64,000 nucleotides of DNA, taken from positions 1-64,000 of the forward strand of contig OZ025689.1 of the NCBI GenBank assembly GCA_964019335.1, in the 5' to 3' direction. The notes beneath the pieces were generated by a model, which worked only from the letters and a program-made list of their open reading frames with translations, was not told the DNA's origin and ran no database searches. Below, in pieces: positions 30,902 through 44,502 of this stretch. Each line of letters begins with the position of its first letter. The stretch's first letter is position 1. The DNA is from Diplonema japonicum. Its lineage: Eukaryota; Protista; Euglenozoa: Diplonemea. The translations under genes and the position numbers were made by a program.

Positions 30902-32203
30902 TCAGAAACGGGGAGCCAAGCCCCGTGCAGACATTTCTGCATGCAATGCCTGCTTGAATGGAGGGCTCAAAGGAAGTGTCTTATAGGCCATGCTGATGTC
31001 CCTATCATGCCATACTTTGAGGGGTGTTCTTTTGAGGGCATCTTCAACCCACGCCACAGGGTGCGACATGATGCGCAGCGACCATGCAATAACAACCAGG
31101 TGGCTGCTGCTGCACCGGCTAGCTATCTCTTTGGACACTGCTTCAGCATTGCTTAATTGCTGACGCAACTTGGCAGCACTCCACAATATCTTTGATAGGT
31201 CGTGAGGCATGGCATCTTGCAGCATCTTGTCCGCGTGGCTAAACAATGCCCTTATTTGCTTGCTGGCATAACGCATTCGGGCGTGTCCGTAAAGAGCAAT
31301 GGTGAGATCTTGTATCCTGTTTACTTTCAGCACGTTACACGACAGAACCTCCAAGAGCTTATCTGAAGCACATAATTCCCGTGAGTAAATATCAGTCAGC
31401 ATGCACGATTGTTCGGGTGCTACCTCTTCTTGTAGGAGTCGCTCTTCCAAGGCACGTAAGGTCGTTGTGGCAGTATACCTTTTCAAAAGACACAACGCAG
31501 TAATGATGTCCTGCAAAGGCACTTGGTTCACATGCTTCATGAGGTATGTGTCGATGGAGCGTGCGTACACCGTTCCAAAACCCTGCTTCATGGCAGGCCG
31601 TATCAGGCGCTGCCATTCCTCGGAAGAAACAAAGTTGTTAGGAAAGAACCTAAGCAACTCCCTTGCGATGTCTTTGGCTAAGCCATTTCCCAGCAGCAGA
31701 CATGTGGCTGTGAGCATAGCTTTGTAGAGTTCTGTCATCTCAGCACACTTTTTGTCAATGGTCATGTGTGCCCTCCCTCTTGCTAGCAGCATGCCCGCTA
31801 CGAGGCTTGCTACCCGTTCAACTTCATCATTAGCTTCTTCTCGTCTGTATCTCCTGGAAATAGAATTGCTCAGAGTTAGCAGTTTCCTGTTTGACACCTT
31901 GCTGTCAGTTTTAAATTCTGTTGCACACATGTCAATGATGCCTTTCTTTGACTTGCTGAAAGGGACAAGTACCATAAGCGCATCATGTGCGGGAACCTGC
32001 AAACCATTCTGCAGTAATGAAGTTTCAAAGCTACGTACTGAAAAGTACACGTATTCCTTTCGTTCGCAGCATACGGCCGCGAATTGCAGTAGGTCACCCT
32101 GCGTGGCCTGGATCCCGTTCTGGACAAATCCTCCTATCGCCTTGGTCAATATAGTTGTACTGCGGCTGTCTTTCGCTGAGAGCCGTCTTAAAAGGGCCTG
32201 CAT
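30902..32203 (-). CDS. Helical-repeat protein (OPR/FASTK-like), possibly mitochondrial
   Basis: Arg-rich N-terminus; repeats DLTIALYGHARM, HDLSKILWSAAKL and HLVVIAWSL. Confidence 0.5.
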   Translation of the reverse strand: MQALLRRLSAKDSRSTTILTKAIGGFVQNGIQATQGDLLQFAAVCCERKEYVYFSVRSFETSLLQNGLQVPAHDALMVLVPFSKSKKGIIDMCATEFKTDSKVSNRKLLTLSNSISRRYRREEANDEVERVASLVAGMLLARGRAHMTIDKKCAEMTELYKAMLTATCLLLGNGLAKDIARELLRFFPNNFVSSEEWQRLIRPAMKQGFGTVYARSIDTYLMKHVNQVPLQDIITALCLLKRYTATTTLRALEERLLQEEVAPEQSCMLTDIYSRELCASDKLLEVLSCNVLKVNRIQDLTIALYGHARMRYASKQIRALFSHADKMLQDAMPHDLSKILWSAAKLRQQLSNAEAVSKEIASRCSSSHLVVIAWSLRIMSHPVAWVEDALKRTPLKVWHDRDISMAYKTLPLSPPFKQALHAEMSARGLAPRF

Positions 32204-32260
32204 ATCGACATAAGTCCTGGAGGCAAGGTGAAGTGGTGCAGTTGCTATTTCGTAATACTA

Positions 32261-33023
32261 CTAACTAAGAGCAGACATTTCAAAACCACGTTCCGACGCA
32301 TTCCTGAGAACGCGCTGGAACTTTTCATCGGTGTCCTGTGAGGAGTGTGACAACAGAAAATATTTACATACATTAAACACAGCGGACCACTGCAGCTCGC
32401 TTGGCGGTAGGGCGTCGTTGTTATCCTTGTAAGTGGGGTTCTGCACCTGGTGCATGGCACCGTGCCCCCTGTTCGTCGCCTGTGTCGTGTGAAAGCCGTG
32501 TAAATACCATGCATACTATTTCGTGGTCCCTCTCCACTGCGTTCTGAATCTCCCCTTTGAATATCTGAGTCGCACGCTTTTTGTTTCCGACAAACAACAT
32601 GTTCCACCCTATGAAAAGCCTTGCCTTACTTTTCATGTCCTCATCTCCCAACAGGCAAGCACAGTTGTGGAGTTTAATAGCGTATTCAACCGCACGGGGC
32701 ACGTTCCTCACTGATGCAAAGCCCCCTCCCAACGTCGAGATGTATGCCACTTCCGACAAGATTCTAGCCCTCACGCGCAGCAGCCAGCTCATCATCTTGT
32801 GGCCCTGCATGCAAACACCAGCAATCTGGTAATCAGTGGGCGTGATGATCACAAGCTTGTTCTTTCTCATTACCCATCTCCCTAAAACCCACCCCTCACC
32901 CTCTTCTTGTTCCTCCTTCAAGAAACCCCCTATCACGATGTCGATGTCCTCATCGGTTGCCCTGCCCTCTACCCCTGCCCTGTACCTCCCAACTGTACCG
33001 CAGGTATCACTCATCTCTGCCAT
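32261..33023 (-). CDS. Conserved hypothetical protein (DUF4807-like), multi-exon
   Basis: YISTLGGGFAS ... LLGD....KARLF.G pattern; tiny introns near 32480-32515 and 32340-32370. Confidence 0.55.
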
Positions 33024-33078
33024 GAAATTAAACGCCCTCACATTGCAAGAGAACAGGCACAACCACTTCTCAGGTCTC

Positions 33079-33728
33079 CTATGCTGCTCTGCATGCATCA
33101 CAGAGGACACGGAAGCCGGTACATATGTATGAATCATGTGCTAGGGAGTGCGATGTGAGGGTCAGTTTGTACTTGTGCGCGCCAGCATGGTACACGTGGC
33201 AACAGGGTCGTTGTCGTCCCACCGTTGGAAGCACTCTTTTATCTTGTTGCCGAAGCGGTCGCGGTGCAGTGTTGTGCACTCGACGGAGCCTCCTACATTA
33301 GTGGCGCAAGACGAGGCGACCTTGCTGTGGTCTTCTGTTGCGGGCTGCACGTAGTAATTGATCTCGTGAAGAGGTACATCACTAGTACCCACATTGTAGA
33401 TGATGTTTCCCCGTAAGATACCCGAGGCGGTTGGGGTTGTGAGCAGCTTGTATCTGCCTGTCTGACCCGTCCAGTGGAAGGGCGACGCCAAGGTGGCCGA
33501 TGTACAATCATACTCCTCCGCTTCAGCAAGACCGTCGGCCGTGTTTGTAATATTGCTGCTGAACAAGCACAGCTGCGATGCGTCTCCAGTAAGCATGCCT
33601 GCAGTTGTCTTTAGCTCAATGCTGCACTCCACCTCATTGCCAGCGGTGACCATGGCTGCCGTGGGGCACGATACAACTGACGCCTCCACATCTACACTCC
33701 CTACCACATATAAAAGTACGACGAGCAT
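33079..33728 (-). CDS. Small secreted protein with filamin/Ig-like fold
   Basis: Hydrophobic N-terminus; VTAGNEVECSI, YKLLTTPTASG and DRFGN motifs. Confidence 0.5.
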
Positions 33729-34578
33729 CCCTTTGTGCTGCTGTGCTGACCAGATACTACAAAAGAAATAAAAAGAAAACTGGATACTTTCTGCCACGAA
33801 CCAATTGGTCTCAGCAGTTTATAAACGTGACACAATCGCCACCTTAAATAAAAGAACAAAGTAAATAAACTAACCAAAATAATAGATTGAAGGGGAAGGA
33901 AAAAGGGAAGCACCCAAAAAAAAAAAAACAGAATAAATACAGAAGAGAAGAGTAAGAGGAAAAGATCATTAAGAACAACACCACTCTCCATGGACATACT
34001 TCCATATAACAACTAACATAGGGGGCCTGTACCCTTCTCGCACAATACAAAGAAAAGAAGAATGTCGTTTAAACATTCTAATCTTAAAATTAATATAATT
34101 TAAGACCGCACCTACTGGCCGTAATGAACGTAACCTCAAGGGCAGTCCCCCTGGTATACCACACCAGTCGATCACCGGGCCTGTTGTCCTTCGTCTCTGG
34201 TCGGCTAAGCCCTTTTGGCTCGAATGCGTGCCGTGCCACCATTTGCATGAGGGCGTTTGGGTGTGTTCCTCTGGGTCAGTTACTGTCTCCGGTAAGCCAA
34301 CGAGCACACCTGAGGCAGCACTAATGAAGGGTAGAAACTAAAAGCGCTAACCCTTACAGTATTCTGGCTGACATTCTAAGAAAGACCTAATGTCAGGTGA
34401 TGAGATCACGACTGCGGTTGGAGTGCAATGGCTTCAAGACCGGCCAACATCTTGCATAATCTTGTCTCTAGTGAGTCGCTACCCATCACCCAACAAGAAG
34501 CAACTCGCATGGGGAAGTGTCGTTACCCACCTTGGACTTGGGCCCGGAGGTCAAGTTTTGCTGCCCCAAAAAGAACTT

Positions 34579-35406
34579 CTACAAACCGATGACCGCGCTT
34601 ATAAACATACAGACACACACTGCACACAGCGTGACGTGAAGCAGAGCGTTGTGATTGAACGAACGTGAGGGTGACAGCTTGAAAGCTACGATTACACCAG
34701 ACAGCAGCAGACCAGCACCGGCAGCTGTGTTCCATTGCGCAGCGGAGGTTGAGAATCTATATATACTGCATCCAATAAAATAAAGCATAGTAGGGAGAGA
34801 TGCGATTATATGGATCTTGATTTTCTTTGTAACGCCGACCACCAAAGCCACTGCCATGTACACACCTGCTCCGATGTACGTTACGAGTGATGCTGTCGAC
34901 TGAGACTTAAACAACACCCATGATGCAGACGCAAACAGGCAGAAATTCGGCACAGACCCAACTGCCAAAATCACACCCCACGATTGGTTGAGGATGGCCT
35001 CCGTGTGAGGGTCGTGTGGGGTAGAGCCGCTTTCGATTCCCTTGACAAGGAAATGACAGTAGTGATGAATGATTCCCCCAAGAAGGGCGCTCACAAAAGA
35101 CGCACCCAAGAAGCCTGCGTGCCACACAGCAATGGTGTCAACATTATGCGCAGTCGGCCGAGAAGGGCCCATCGCCAACAGCACTAAACAAAATGACAGG
35201 CTCACAACAGCCAGAATGTAGTCTGTAATCCACCCAGCTTTTACGATACAGATGCTGAGCCCGTTTTTGCAGTTGTAACGCTGCACCCTCAACGCTTGCA
35301 CCAGCCACACTTCACGGGTCACGCCTACCGACACGCTTTCTTTTTCCATCTCTCCATCTTCGCACTTCGGAATTTCGTCCTTCGTCATTTTTTCATTATC
35401 TTTCAT
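34579..35406 (-). CDS. ~7-TM membrane protein, CREST/ceramidase-like metal-binding motifs
   Basis: Multiple hydrophobic helices; SALLGGIIHH and FNHNALLH. Confidence 0.55.
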   Translation of the reverse strand: MKDNEKMTKDEIPKCEDGEMEKESVSVGVTREVWLVQALRVQRYNCKNGLSICIVKAGWITDYILAVVSLSFCLVLLAMGPSRPTAHNVDTIAVWHAGFLGASFVSALLGGIIHHYCHFLVKGIESGSTPHDPHTEAILNQSWGVILAVGSVPNFCLFASASWVLFKSQSTASLVTYIGAGVYMAVALVVGVTKKIKIHIIASLPTMLYFIGCSIYRFSTSAAQWNTAAGAGLLLSGVIVAFKLSPSRSFNHNALLHVTLCAVCVCMFISAVIGL

Positions 35407-35504
35407 CTCATTTTAGCCTATAGTAGCGAGATAGCAGATCATGGACGATAAAATGAAACAAAAAGAAACGAATACATAACAAAATCAAGTCGACCGACGT
35501 AGTG

Positions 35505-37266
35505 CTACTCCTTCACATGCTTGCTGTTCTTCCGCTCTCTGCGGGACATGAGATTCTTGAACAGGTTCTTCTGTGATAAAAAGTGAACTTTGCTTGCGTG
35601 TAGCATACTTCTTTAAAAGACTGGGACCTGTGCTTCAGCGAGGCTTTCAAGCTGGACAGTCTGCTAGACTCCTCAGGCACGACCTCTTCGTATTCCTCAG
35701 GCGGGGCTGCTTGCGACAACACCTCAGCTAACAACTTGTTCCCCTCCTCAAGTGAGGGCTCCTCACCGTAGCGCTGCTTCATCTTCTTCCATAACTCGTC
35801 TTCTCTTCCTGCCCATGACCTCAAGATTTGGTCCAGCTGTCTACCAGTCACTCGCTCGGGTGCGTATTTTGCGTAGAATCGTAGCATCCTCTCGCGCCAT
35901 TGCTCGAACGTAAAATTATCGCCCGTGTCAGGGCAAGGCTTGCAGTCTTCTATCGCGGTGACTGCTCCCCTGCTCGATTCCGAAGCCCGACCACACCGAG
36001 TACATGTGAAGGCGGTAGCTGTGTCTGGGATGACACACCCGGAGTCGCACGCAGTGCACTTAAGGAATTTCACAAACAATGAAACAACGATCTCTATCGT
36101 AGTGTGCCCCTTCATGGCAGCCACCATGTCGGGTATCGCCACAACAGGCAATCCATTACACAAGTGCACTCTTTGGTGGCACATAAGGTTTGACCTAGAA
36201 GCAGGCCCATCCTCATCGATAGTTGTCACCACCAAGCATCGCTCGCTAGGTACTTCTCTTACCTCACAACCTATTTTTTGACTCTCGTCGGTCAGCTGTA
36301 TGACACAAACTGACGACAGAGGAGGGAGCGGCGGTGGCGGCGGCACGTAAGGTTCTTCATCCTTGTTCTCTTTTTCTTTTTCTTTTTCTTTTTCTTTTTC
36401 TTTTTCTTTTTCTTTTTCTTTTTCTCTTTCGTTTTCCTTTTCTCGTTCTTTTTTCTTCCCCTTGCCCTTTTTGTAGTTCTCTACAATAACCTCATCGTCA
36501 AAATCTACCGGCGGCAGTTGTGACGAGAGAACAGTTGTTAGCAGCTCGTTCCCCTCCTCAAGGGAGGGTTCCTCACCGTAGCGCTGTTTCATTTTATTCC
36601 AAAGGTCATCCTCCCTCCCTGCCCATGACCTCAAGATTTGGTCCAGCTGTCTGCCCGGAACTCGCTCGGGTGCGTATTTTGCGTAGAATCGTAGCATCCT
36701 CTCACGCCATTGCTCGAACGTAAAATCTTTGCCTGAGTCAGGGCATGGCCTGCAAGGGGCAACGGATGCAGCTAAAGGGGCCTCTCGTGATTCTGCTGAG
36801 GTGATATCTGTAGGCTCTTTGACCTTGCATCCCTGTTGGCATTGCGAAATTATTCATTCATACCTGGTTACATTTCATGCAGACAAACACTGCCTCCACA
36901 TCTGTTACATTATTAACTGTCTGGCACCCTTCACAAAGAACAGAATACACGGTCTGCGGTGTTGTTGTCGTCTTGCTTTTGTTGCACACCTGCGAGGCGT
37001 CTACTTCGTCAGTCAACTCGATGCCCTCGATCACAGCACCCTGCGTGTGTTGATGTGCTTCCATGACATACCCCCATCACTTCGGTGTCCTCCTCCTGTG
37101 ACCACAAGCCTGCCAACGCATCTCGCTCTTTCAGCTTCTTTCCCACCCCCTTACTTTCGCGGGGCTTGTTCAACTGAACCTTGAGAAGTTCATCAATAGA
37201 CAGCAATGTCTCAGGCTGCTGCCCGAAGTCAAGACTTTCATCACCCATTAAGTCTAAATCGTCCAT
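35505..37266 (-). CDS. PDZ-domain protein with CxxC zinc ribbons and a duplicated RFYAKYAPE..GRE..YG module, multi-exon
   Basis: KIGCEV..LVVTTIDEDGPASRSNL (PDZ-like); CEGC/CMKC and CTAC/CTRC; near-identical DNA duplication ~35725-35935 and ~36535-36750; (EK)n tract. Confidence 0.7.
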
Positions 37267-37404
37267 TTAACATTTGGTGGAGGCTTTAGTGAAGGTAAAA
37301 ATAGAATGTTGGAAACGAATAACTCTAGTCTAAAGGGCGGATCTAGTAACAATTGAAGAATTGTCAGCAAAGCAACGCGATAAAATAGAAAGCAGCAATA
37401 GCTG

Positions 37405-40106
37405 CTACAGGCATGTCGCTACAATGGCTACAGACGAGCAGTCCTCAGCTGCATGTTTTGTCTTTGCGATGATATTTGCGTCGAACTTAGGGGGTGTGGG
37501 AATGTCGCACTTGAACCTGCTGTTGCTGTAGAGCCGCTTGGGTTCTGTACCAGGCTGGGGTGTGCTCAGGTATGGAGAAGAGTCTGGTGAGGATCTCTGA
37601 GGTGTTTGCTGTGAGGGTGATCGTCTCGGGGTGCTCTTTGCTCCCGGGCTGCGCTCCAGGAAGTTCCTGTACTTAACTGCATACGGTGTGTCTATGCCTG
37701 CATTGCTGTTTGCGTAGTTCTGTTGCTGCTTTACATAGTGCGCCTTGTCGCCAGCATTTGTAAGCTTCCGTGTTGGCGTGCTAAGCGGGTTCCCATTCTT
37801 GATTCTTCTTGCTTCTTGCAAGCATCTCAGGTCTTCTTCAGCAGCAGCCCTCTTCTCAACCTCCTCTCTCAGCATCGCTCTCACCTCATTTAGCTCCGCC
37901 ATAGTCTCTGCGCACTCCTTCTTCAGAACCTCAACAGCTACATCTGCCTTGCTCCTGTCAGCAGCTTTGATATTCTTCTGGATAACCTCCAGCTCCTTAA
38001 CAAGCTCCTTAGCTTCAGACCTGTTGTTTGTCATAGTACATAATTGTACACACCTCGTCTGATCGGCTTCCCTACAAGCATGTTCCCGCTTTGCCTCTTC
38101 CCTTCGCAGTTCTTTTTCTTTTCTTTCAAAGGAACCTTGCAACGTTGAAAGCCTGTCTGTCGTGCTCTTCAGCTCTACATCTTTCAGTAGAACCTGTTCA
38201 GTGTGTTTGCCCCTCTTGTAATGCATACCTGCTTTCGCAGCTGCTCTGTCGCCTTCACTGATGTCTCAAGCTTCTTTTTAAGCTCCGCAACCTCGCTTCG
38301 AACCTTTTTTAGCTCTGCAAGGTATTTTGCAGTGTTCTTCTGGTGCTTCATTTTAGCTTCATAGATTTGTTCTTTTTCTTTTATGAGAGTCTCCTTGTCC
38401 TTTTCACTACTCATGCGGTCTTGACCGAGAGCCTCCTGTTCCATCGTTAGTTCGTGGATGCGCTCTCGCAACAGAGGCAGCTCTTCCAGCTGCTCCTCGT
38501 ATTGCCTAGTTGATGTCTGTGCTACGTCTAGCTCCGCCTTCAAAGTGACAACCTCCGCCGTGGCAACCTGCCCCAACGTGTCCTTCTCGTTCAAAGCATC
38601 ATTCTGCACGGCGACGGCATTCTCTAACTTTGCCAGCTTGTCTTTCATGACCTCATTTGATGCCACAAGTTCCCTGTTCTGCTTGTTTGCTGCAAAGCCC
38701 TCCTCTCGGATCTTTTTGCATTCCTCCTCAATGCTTTCTTTCCTTTCCTTGCATGCACCCCATTCAGCCTCTAGCCAACCAGCATGGCTCTCAATAGCTT
38801 TGCAATGTTCGCGTACCTCGTCAAGCTGCTGCGTTGCAGTAGTGCTTGAGCTTTTGAACCGCAAGGCTTGCAGCGTTGCCTCTGTAGCCGCTTTGATCAT
38901 GTTTTGCAGCTTCTGCCTGCAGTTCAAATTGTCGCCGCCGCCAATGTGGATTTCCAGCTGTTCGATGTGTGGGGAGCCGCATATCTGACTAAAGGCCCTT
39001 TCGATGGCTGCAGTAGTGCCTTGTATCCGTTCGGTAGACTTTTTAAGATTGCCCCTCTGCTCTGCGGCTGCTTCTTCTAGCTTGTTCTTCTGCGTTGTGA
39101 GTGTCTGGATCTTGCTACGCTGCTTTGCGATCAACTCCTCGCACTTCACCTTGTCTTTGCTCCACTGCTGCTCCGTTTCCTTAGCCTGTGCAAGGACCCC
39201 TTGCACCTCCCGCCGTACCTGCTTCCTTGTGTCCTTCGCTGTTTCGTTCATGGACTCTAGCTCATTGACACGGGCAGAGGCCTCCGCAAACTTGCTTTGC
39301 ACCTCTTCCTTCTCCAGCCTCAGCGTTGTTGTCTGTTCCATCGTGTCACGCAAGCTCCCCATCATGTCCTTGATGATGGTCTTCGACTCTTGCAGCTGGC
39401 TGTCTTTGTGTTGCACGTCTGACCTCAGCAGCTTGATCTGCTCCTCCTTGAGCCGCACTACGCTCTCAGCGTGCTGGATAAACTCCGCCTTGACCTCCTC
39501 TGTTCTTATAGCTTGCAGCTCGCTCCTGTGCCGTATGTCCTCTTTCTCCATGTTAAGGCACTCGGTTTTGGCAAGTAGCTTTCGGCAGTACTGTCTGTTG
39601 TGCTTTAGGTCAGTGGCATATTTGTGCTTTGTCCTCATTACCTCAGCTGTCATGTGGGATATGGTGTCCTGTGTTTGGCGGGCTGCAGTGGTGTGCGCGG
39701 AGACCTGCGTCTCGAGTCGGCTGATGTACTTCTCTTGTTGGTGTAGCTTGTTCTGCAAGGGCTTTAAGAGCTTTGCTGTCTCGTTGTGCTGCTCTTCGAA
39801 GTATGCGGCCTTCCTGATGACCTCGCTATGCTCCTTCGCGTCGACGGCAGCAGGCATCGTGGCCATCATGCTGTGCAGCTTGTCGACGACATCGGTGCGC
39901 ATCTGCACCTCGTCCTGCAGCACACATAGCTGATCCTTGAGCCCTTCGTTCTCTGCCTGCAGGCCGTTAAGCTCGCTCTTCTGTTGCTCATTAAAGCCCT
40001 TGAGCTCCACGCACTCCTCTTTGTAACCTTCTAAAATCTGCAGCACTGCTTCGTAATGCCCTGCAGTGTCCTCACTAAGCTGCGACACCTCCTCGAGCTC
40101 CGACAT
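37405..40106 (-). CDS. Large coiled-coil protein, multi-exon
   Basis: ORFs 38184..40106 and 37405..38226 joined by a GTATG intron near 38193-38228. Confidence 0.75.
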
Positions 40107-41170
40107 CTTGGCACCTGCAGAATGCTATAAGACAGCACTGTAAAGACACATACTAGCACTTTGCACCTTGCTGATCCAAGATCAGGTGTCCGTCTTCAAA
40201 AGAAAAAGGTGCAAGAAAACACGGGGGAGGGGAACCAGGGAAATGGAGAGAAATGAAAAGATGTAGGGGAAAAAAAAAAAGAAAAAAGCATTTTGCAAGA
40301 GAGGGAGAAAAAAAAAGATAAAAAAAAAGGGAGGAAGAATTTCGATGGGGTACTTTTTTCTTTTTTTGCCTTGCTCGGCAAAATGGAGTTGGACTGGGCA
40401 TGCAAGGGTAAAAAAGAAAAATGGAGGGGGGGAGTGAGGGGAGGTATTCTAAGGGAAGGGATGGAGAGGAGTGCAAAGTCTCCGCACTCATGTTTAAGTT
40501 CGTCTTGCTTCACAAACATGGGAGAAGCACAAGATCATCAGTTGCTTTTCGTTTGTTGCAAACCCATCTATGTCAGTGATTATATTCTAAAGCCTCCGAG
40601 CTACAAACTGAGGCTGGGGGAGGGGATCAAAAGAAAGGGAAATAAAAATATAGTCTGGGATTTCTTTTAATGGGATTCTAAGTCTTCAAAAGAAGCCTGC
40701 TCTGCCCGCGTAAGCACGGGTATTGACCGCATAGCAATCCTTCTTTTTACGGGAAAAAAGGTATAAAAATCATGGCTGTGGATTGGGCGTGGTTGGGTGG
40801 GGACACACTGCCTTGTCCTTTCAAGACTCTTGGAAGGGTGCCTATAAAACCTTTTAAAATGTAGAATGAGAAAAGGAATAAAAAAAGCAGTGGGGATCTT
40901 TGGGAAGAGGAAGGGAACAATACATGTACAGGTAAAAAAAAAAGAAAGGAAGATATTCAGAAAGAAGGGGCAACCGCCTTGTGTCTCAGGGCGCGTAGTG
41001 CCTGCTGCTTTCTTTTCCTTTTTTTGGATACTCTTTTTCTTGTTGTCGCAAGATCTCTTTTTCTTTTTCTTTTTCTTTTTTTTTCATGGTTTCTTTTGTT
41101 TTTTTATAAAAAAGAAAAGTGGGAAACTTATTTTAAAAATCTAAAAAACTGGCTTTTTCTTACGCACTAG

Positions 41171-43128
41171 TCACGGGGCAGGGATGGGTGCTGGGGGCTG
41201 GGCGGCCTGCTTGGCTGCCTCAGCGATCCTTGTTGCCACATCTGTCTCAGAGATGTTCTGAGTAGGGCTCTTGCTCGTCTGGTTCTGCACAAGCATCAGC
41301 TGCACCATTTGCTCCTCGGGGGAGAGGGACCTGTCCCTTGCCGCCCTGCTGACGGACCTTCTGCCGCCCTTCTTCACCCTCTTGTTGAGCTTGCCCTCGA
41401 TTCTGTACCCGTACGGGCAGTCGTTGATGTAGGGTGTGATGATGTCCTTCAGCATGTCCACCATGTGCGCTGGAGCGTGATCCACCACAGACTGCACCAC
41501 GAAGTTACCGAATCCGTCCCACATCAGCGCCTTCATGCTCTTCACCACCTCCAGCGCGATCTGCTCGCGGGTCTCGTCGCTTCCGATCAGCAGACACTTC
41601 TCAATCACGCACGATGCGTACTTGTTCACCGCCAGCTCCGCCACGTGCCCCTTAAACTTGTTCGAAAGGACCTGTTATGGAGTGCGTTGACACAAACATA
41701 TCCTCATACCTGGCTGTAGCACGGGTCGCCCTTGATCGAGTGCTGCAGCACGTAGTTTCCGTACATGTCCGAAATCAAGTACCTCGTGGCCTCCATGATC
41801 TGCAGCTGCAGCTGCATCTTCAGCTGTAATTTGAGTTGCGAAATATTTGTGTTATTACCTTCAGGCTGCTCGCGTGGTCCAGGCATCTTTGGATGGTGAC
41901 GCACCCGATCTGGTCGGTGGCAAGGTGCAGAAGGTGGTGTCCGATGATGTCGAAGATGGGCTCCACGAACTCGGCGTTGAACCTGGTAAGCACAGCCTGG
42001 ATGACCTTCCTGCCGTTGATGATGGTGAAGAGGCGGGGCCCGCATTCTATGATCTGCTTCATGACGATGCTGGCATCATCCTGAGCGGTGCTCGCCTGGA
42101 TCACCTCCACTAGCACGTCGCTGCCTGTGTTCGAATCGCACAGCTCCAGCATCGTGTTGCACGCCATCTTCAGCATGAGCGTGATCTGCTCGGGGCTCTT
42201 CGCGGACTTGATAAGGGCACGCACCACCTTGGACCCGTGCTGGTGCGAAGCCACCATCGCGAACTTCATGACAAGCTCGTTTATCTTAGCGGTGACGGAG
42301 TTGGCATCCTCGACTTCCTCGATCGCTGCGACGAGAGCTCTGCTTCCCTCGTTGGTGATTGCGAAGGAGCACAGGTCGCCCATGTTGTTTAAGTTGATGC
42401 TGCCGGTGGGCCTCGACACACGCGACATGTCCTTCATGGGCATGGGGTGCGCTCCGAACATAGGGGGCGAGACGGGCATGGGGAGCGACGAGGTGGGCAG
42501 CACCTGGTTGTGGGGGCTGCCGGTGGGCGACATGCTCATCGGAAGGCCGAGAGCCGCCTGCAGCTGCATCTGGCTGGCAACACTTGCCATTGCAAGGTCG
42601 TACTGCATGTCAAGGGCGGGGTCCATCATTGGGCCGCCGGTAGGGGACAGAGTGGGGGAGGGAAGCATCTGCGGGGAGGGGACCATGGGTGGCGAGGGCA
42701 GCATGTTACCTGGAGAGGGGAGCATGTTGCCAGGAGAGCACGGCATGGGGAGGGTGTTCTGCATCTGTGCCATCATGTCAAGGGACGGGTTGTACGAACC
42801 CTTGGGCTGCATCATCACGAACATGTTGTTGCTGAGACCGATGTCGATGGCCTTCACGTCAGAGTCGTTCGCAAGGATGTTGTTGGCGTGCAGGAGCTCG
42901 AAGCTCCCGAGCACAGCGTTGAACTGAGCAGTGCAGAACATGTACAGCTGTCCCAGGTTCAGGGTCGCTAGGTCGCACGGGACGGAGTGCGTTTGGAAAT
43001 CAACAGCATTCATGATGCTGATGCTGTGGGGCTGTGGGATGGTTGTCATTGTTGCTGACTGCACATACCAATTTGAGCATGGCGACCTTCTCAGCCGATG
43101 CGGGAATAGGAGTAGACACGGTAGGCAT
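41171..43128 (-). CDS. Pumilio/PUF-family RNA-binding protein, multi-exon
   Basis: PUF repeats HQHGSKVV, DQIGCVTIQRCL, DMYGNYVLQH, NKYASCVIEKCL and DGFGNFVVQ; M/P/S-rich N-terminus; followed by ~1 kb of U-rich 3' sequence. Confidence 0.92.
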
Positions 43129-44502
43129 TATGTGCTTTCTACGTAATAAAAAGGAGAAAAAAACTATTTTCCTGTTTAATTATTTTCTTCAAGGAGCAGC
43201 GGTCAAAAGTAACAAAAAAAGCGATTGAGAAAAGAAAAAAAAAAGTAAAAAGACAAGATAGTGATGAGCTTCGGCAAGCAGAATAGTCACCCCCTATTTC
43301 TTTTCTCTGCCCCATAAATCCAGTAATGCATTGTGCATACATAATTACATATTCTCCCTTTCTGTCTCACTGCCACTATTCACGACATTTTCCGTGGCCT
43401 AAGGGGACATCAGCAAAAACCACGAATAGGGGGGGGGGGGAGGAGGAGGGTTTACGTATTTCCACCGAGGGCGATCGTTGTTTTATTCTATTGTCACAAA
43501 ATCCCCCCCCCCCCCCCCGCCTTTGATTTCTCGTTTTACTGCGTCGCATAAGCGAATTATGTTAAATCACACCAATAAATTAACGAATATCTTATTTTAA
43601 CAACAGGTCTTTCTTCTCTCTTTTGTACTCTTTGTGTTATTGCCAACCATTAATGAAATAATGTACTTGTCCTCTCACCATATTTTCTTTCTTTAAGACT
43701 TACTTTAGAAGTGAGGGGGGGGGGGGGGGGGCCTTTTTAGTACTATTCTCTTTCGAATACTTTAACGATTCATATCTCTATGTCACGGGTCTGGAAAGGA
43801 GAAATATCTAACACGTGCTTTTTTTTCCCTTCTTCTTCTTCTTGTTCTTTTTGGCAGTAGAAAAGGTCCGCTAACAGCAGCTGCGAGACATGAGGTATAA
43901 GAGAACCCTAAAAAACCTTGTTGCGGGAGGGATCAGGGACAAAGAAAAGGGGGGAGAATGACAACAATGGAAGACAAAAAAGATAGTAAAAAAAAAAAGG
44001 ATTTTGCCTAGTTAGTCTCTTTTGTTCACGTGACATGAGACAAATCATCAAAAAGAAGAATGGGAAAAAAAAGGGAAGTATGTATATCTCCCTATAAAAC
44101 CGACTTTTATTAAAAAAAAAAGAGCAGGACATCATCAATTCTGCTCACTATTATCTTTTTACTCAAGGGGAAGGGGTTTCACTTTAGGGGAGAAGTGCAA
44201 TGAGCCTCTCACCGACGGGGGGGTGGGGGGGCTTGATCTTTCAACGTCACGGTGCACGGCCACAGTCAGCTCCAAAATGTGCCATGATGAACAACATTTC
44301 GAGTGAGAAAAAACACACAAAAACAAAACAAAAAAAACCACCGAATTGTATATTTGCCTGTTAAAATTGTAATGTCCCAGTTCACAGACTCGTCGTTTCT
44401 CTCTCTTTTTTTTAAACACGGGGGATGGGGGTGGGGGAGTTAGGATTTATGGTTTTATTTTATTTTTGTTTCTTAGGAGAGGCTCTTAGTCAAACCACTA
44501 TA

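Noticed and set aside
34340-34356. CTAACCCT as a telomerase RNA template
   Set aside because: An 8-nt match is expected by chance, lies on the opposite strand to the genes, and has no other support.
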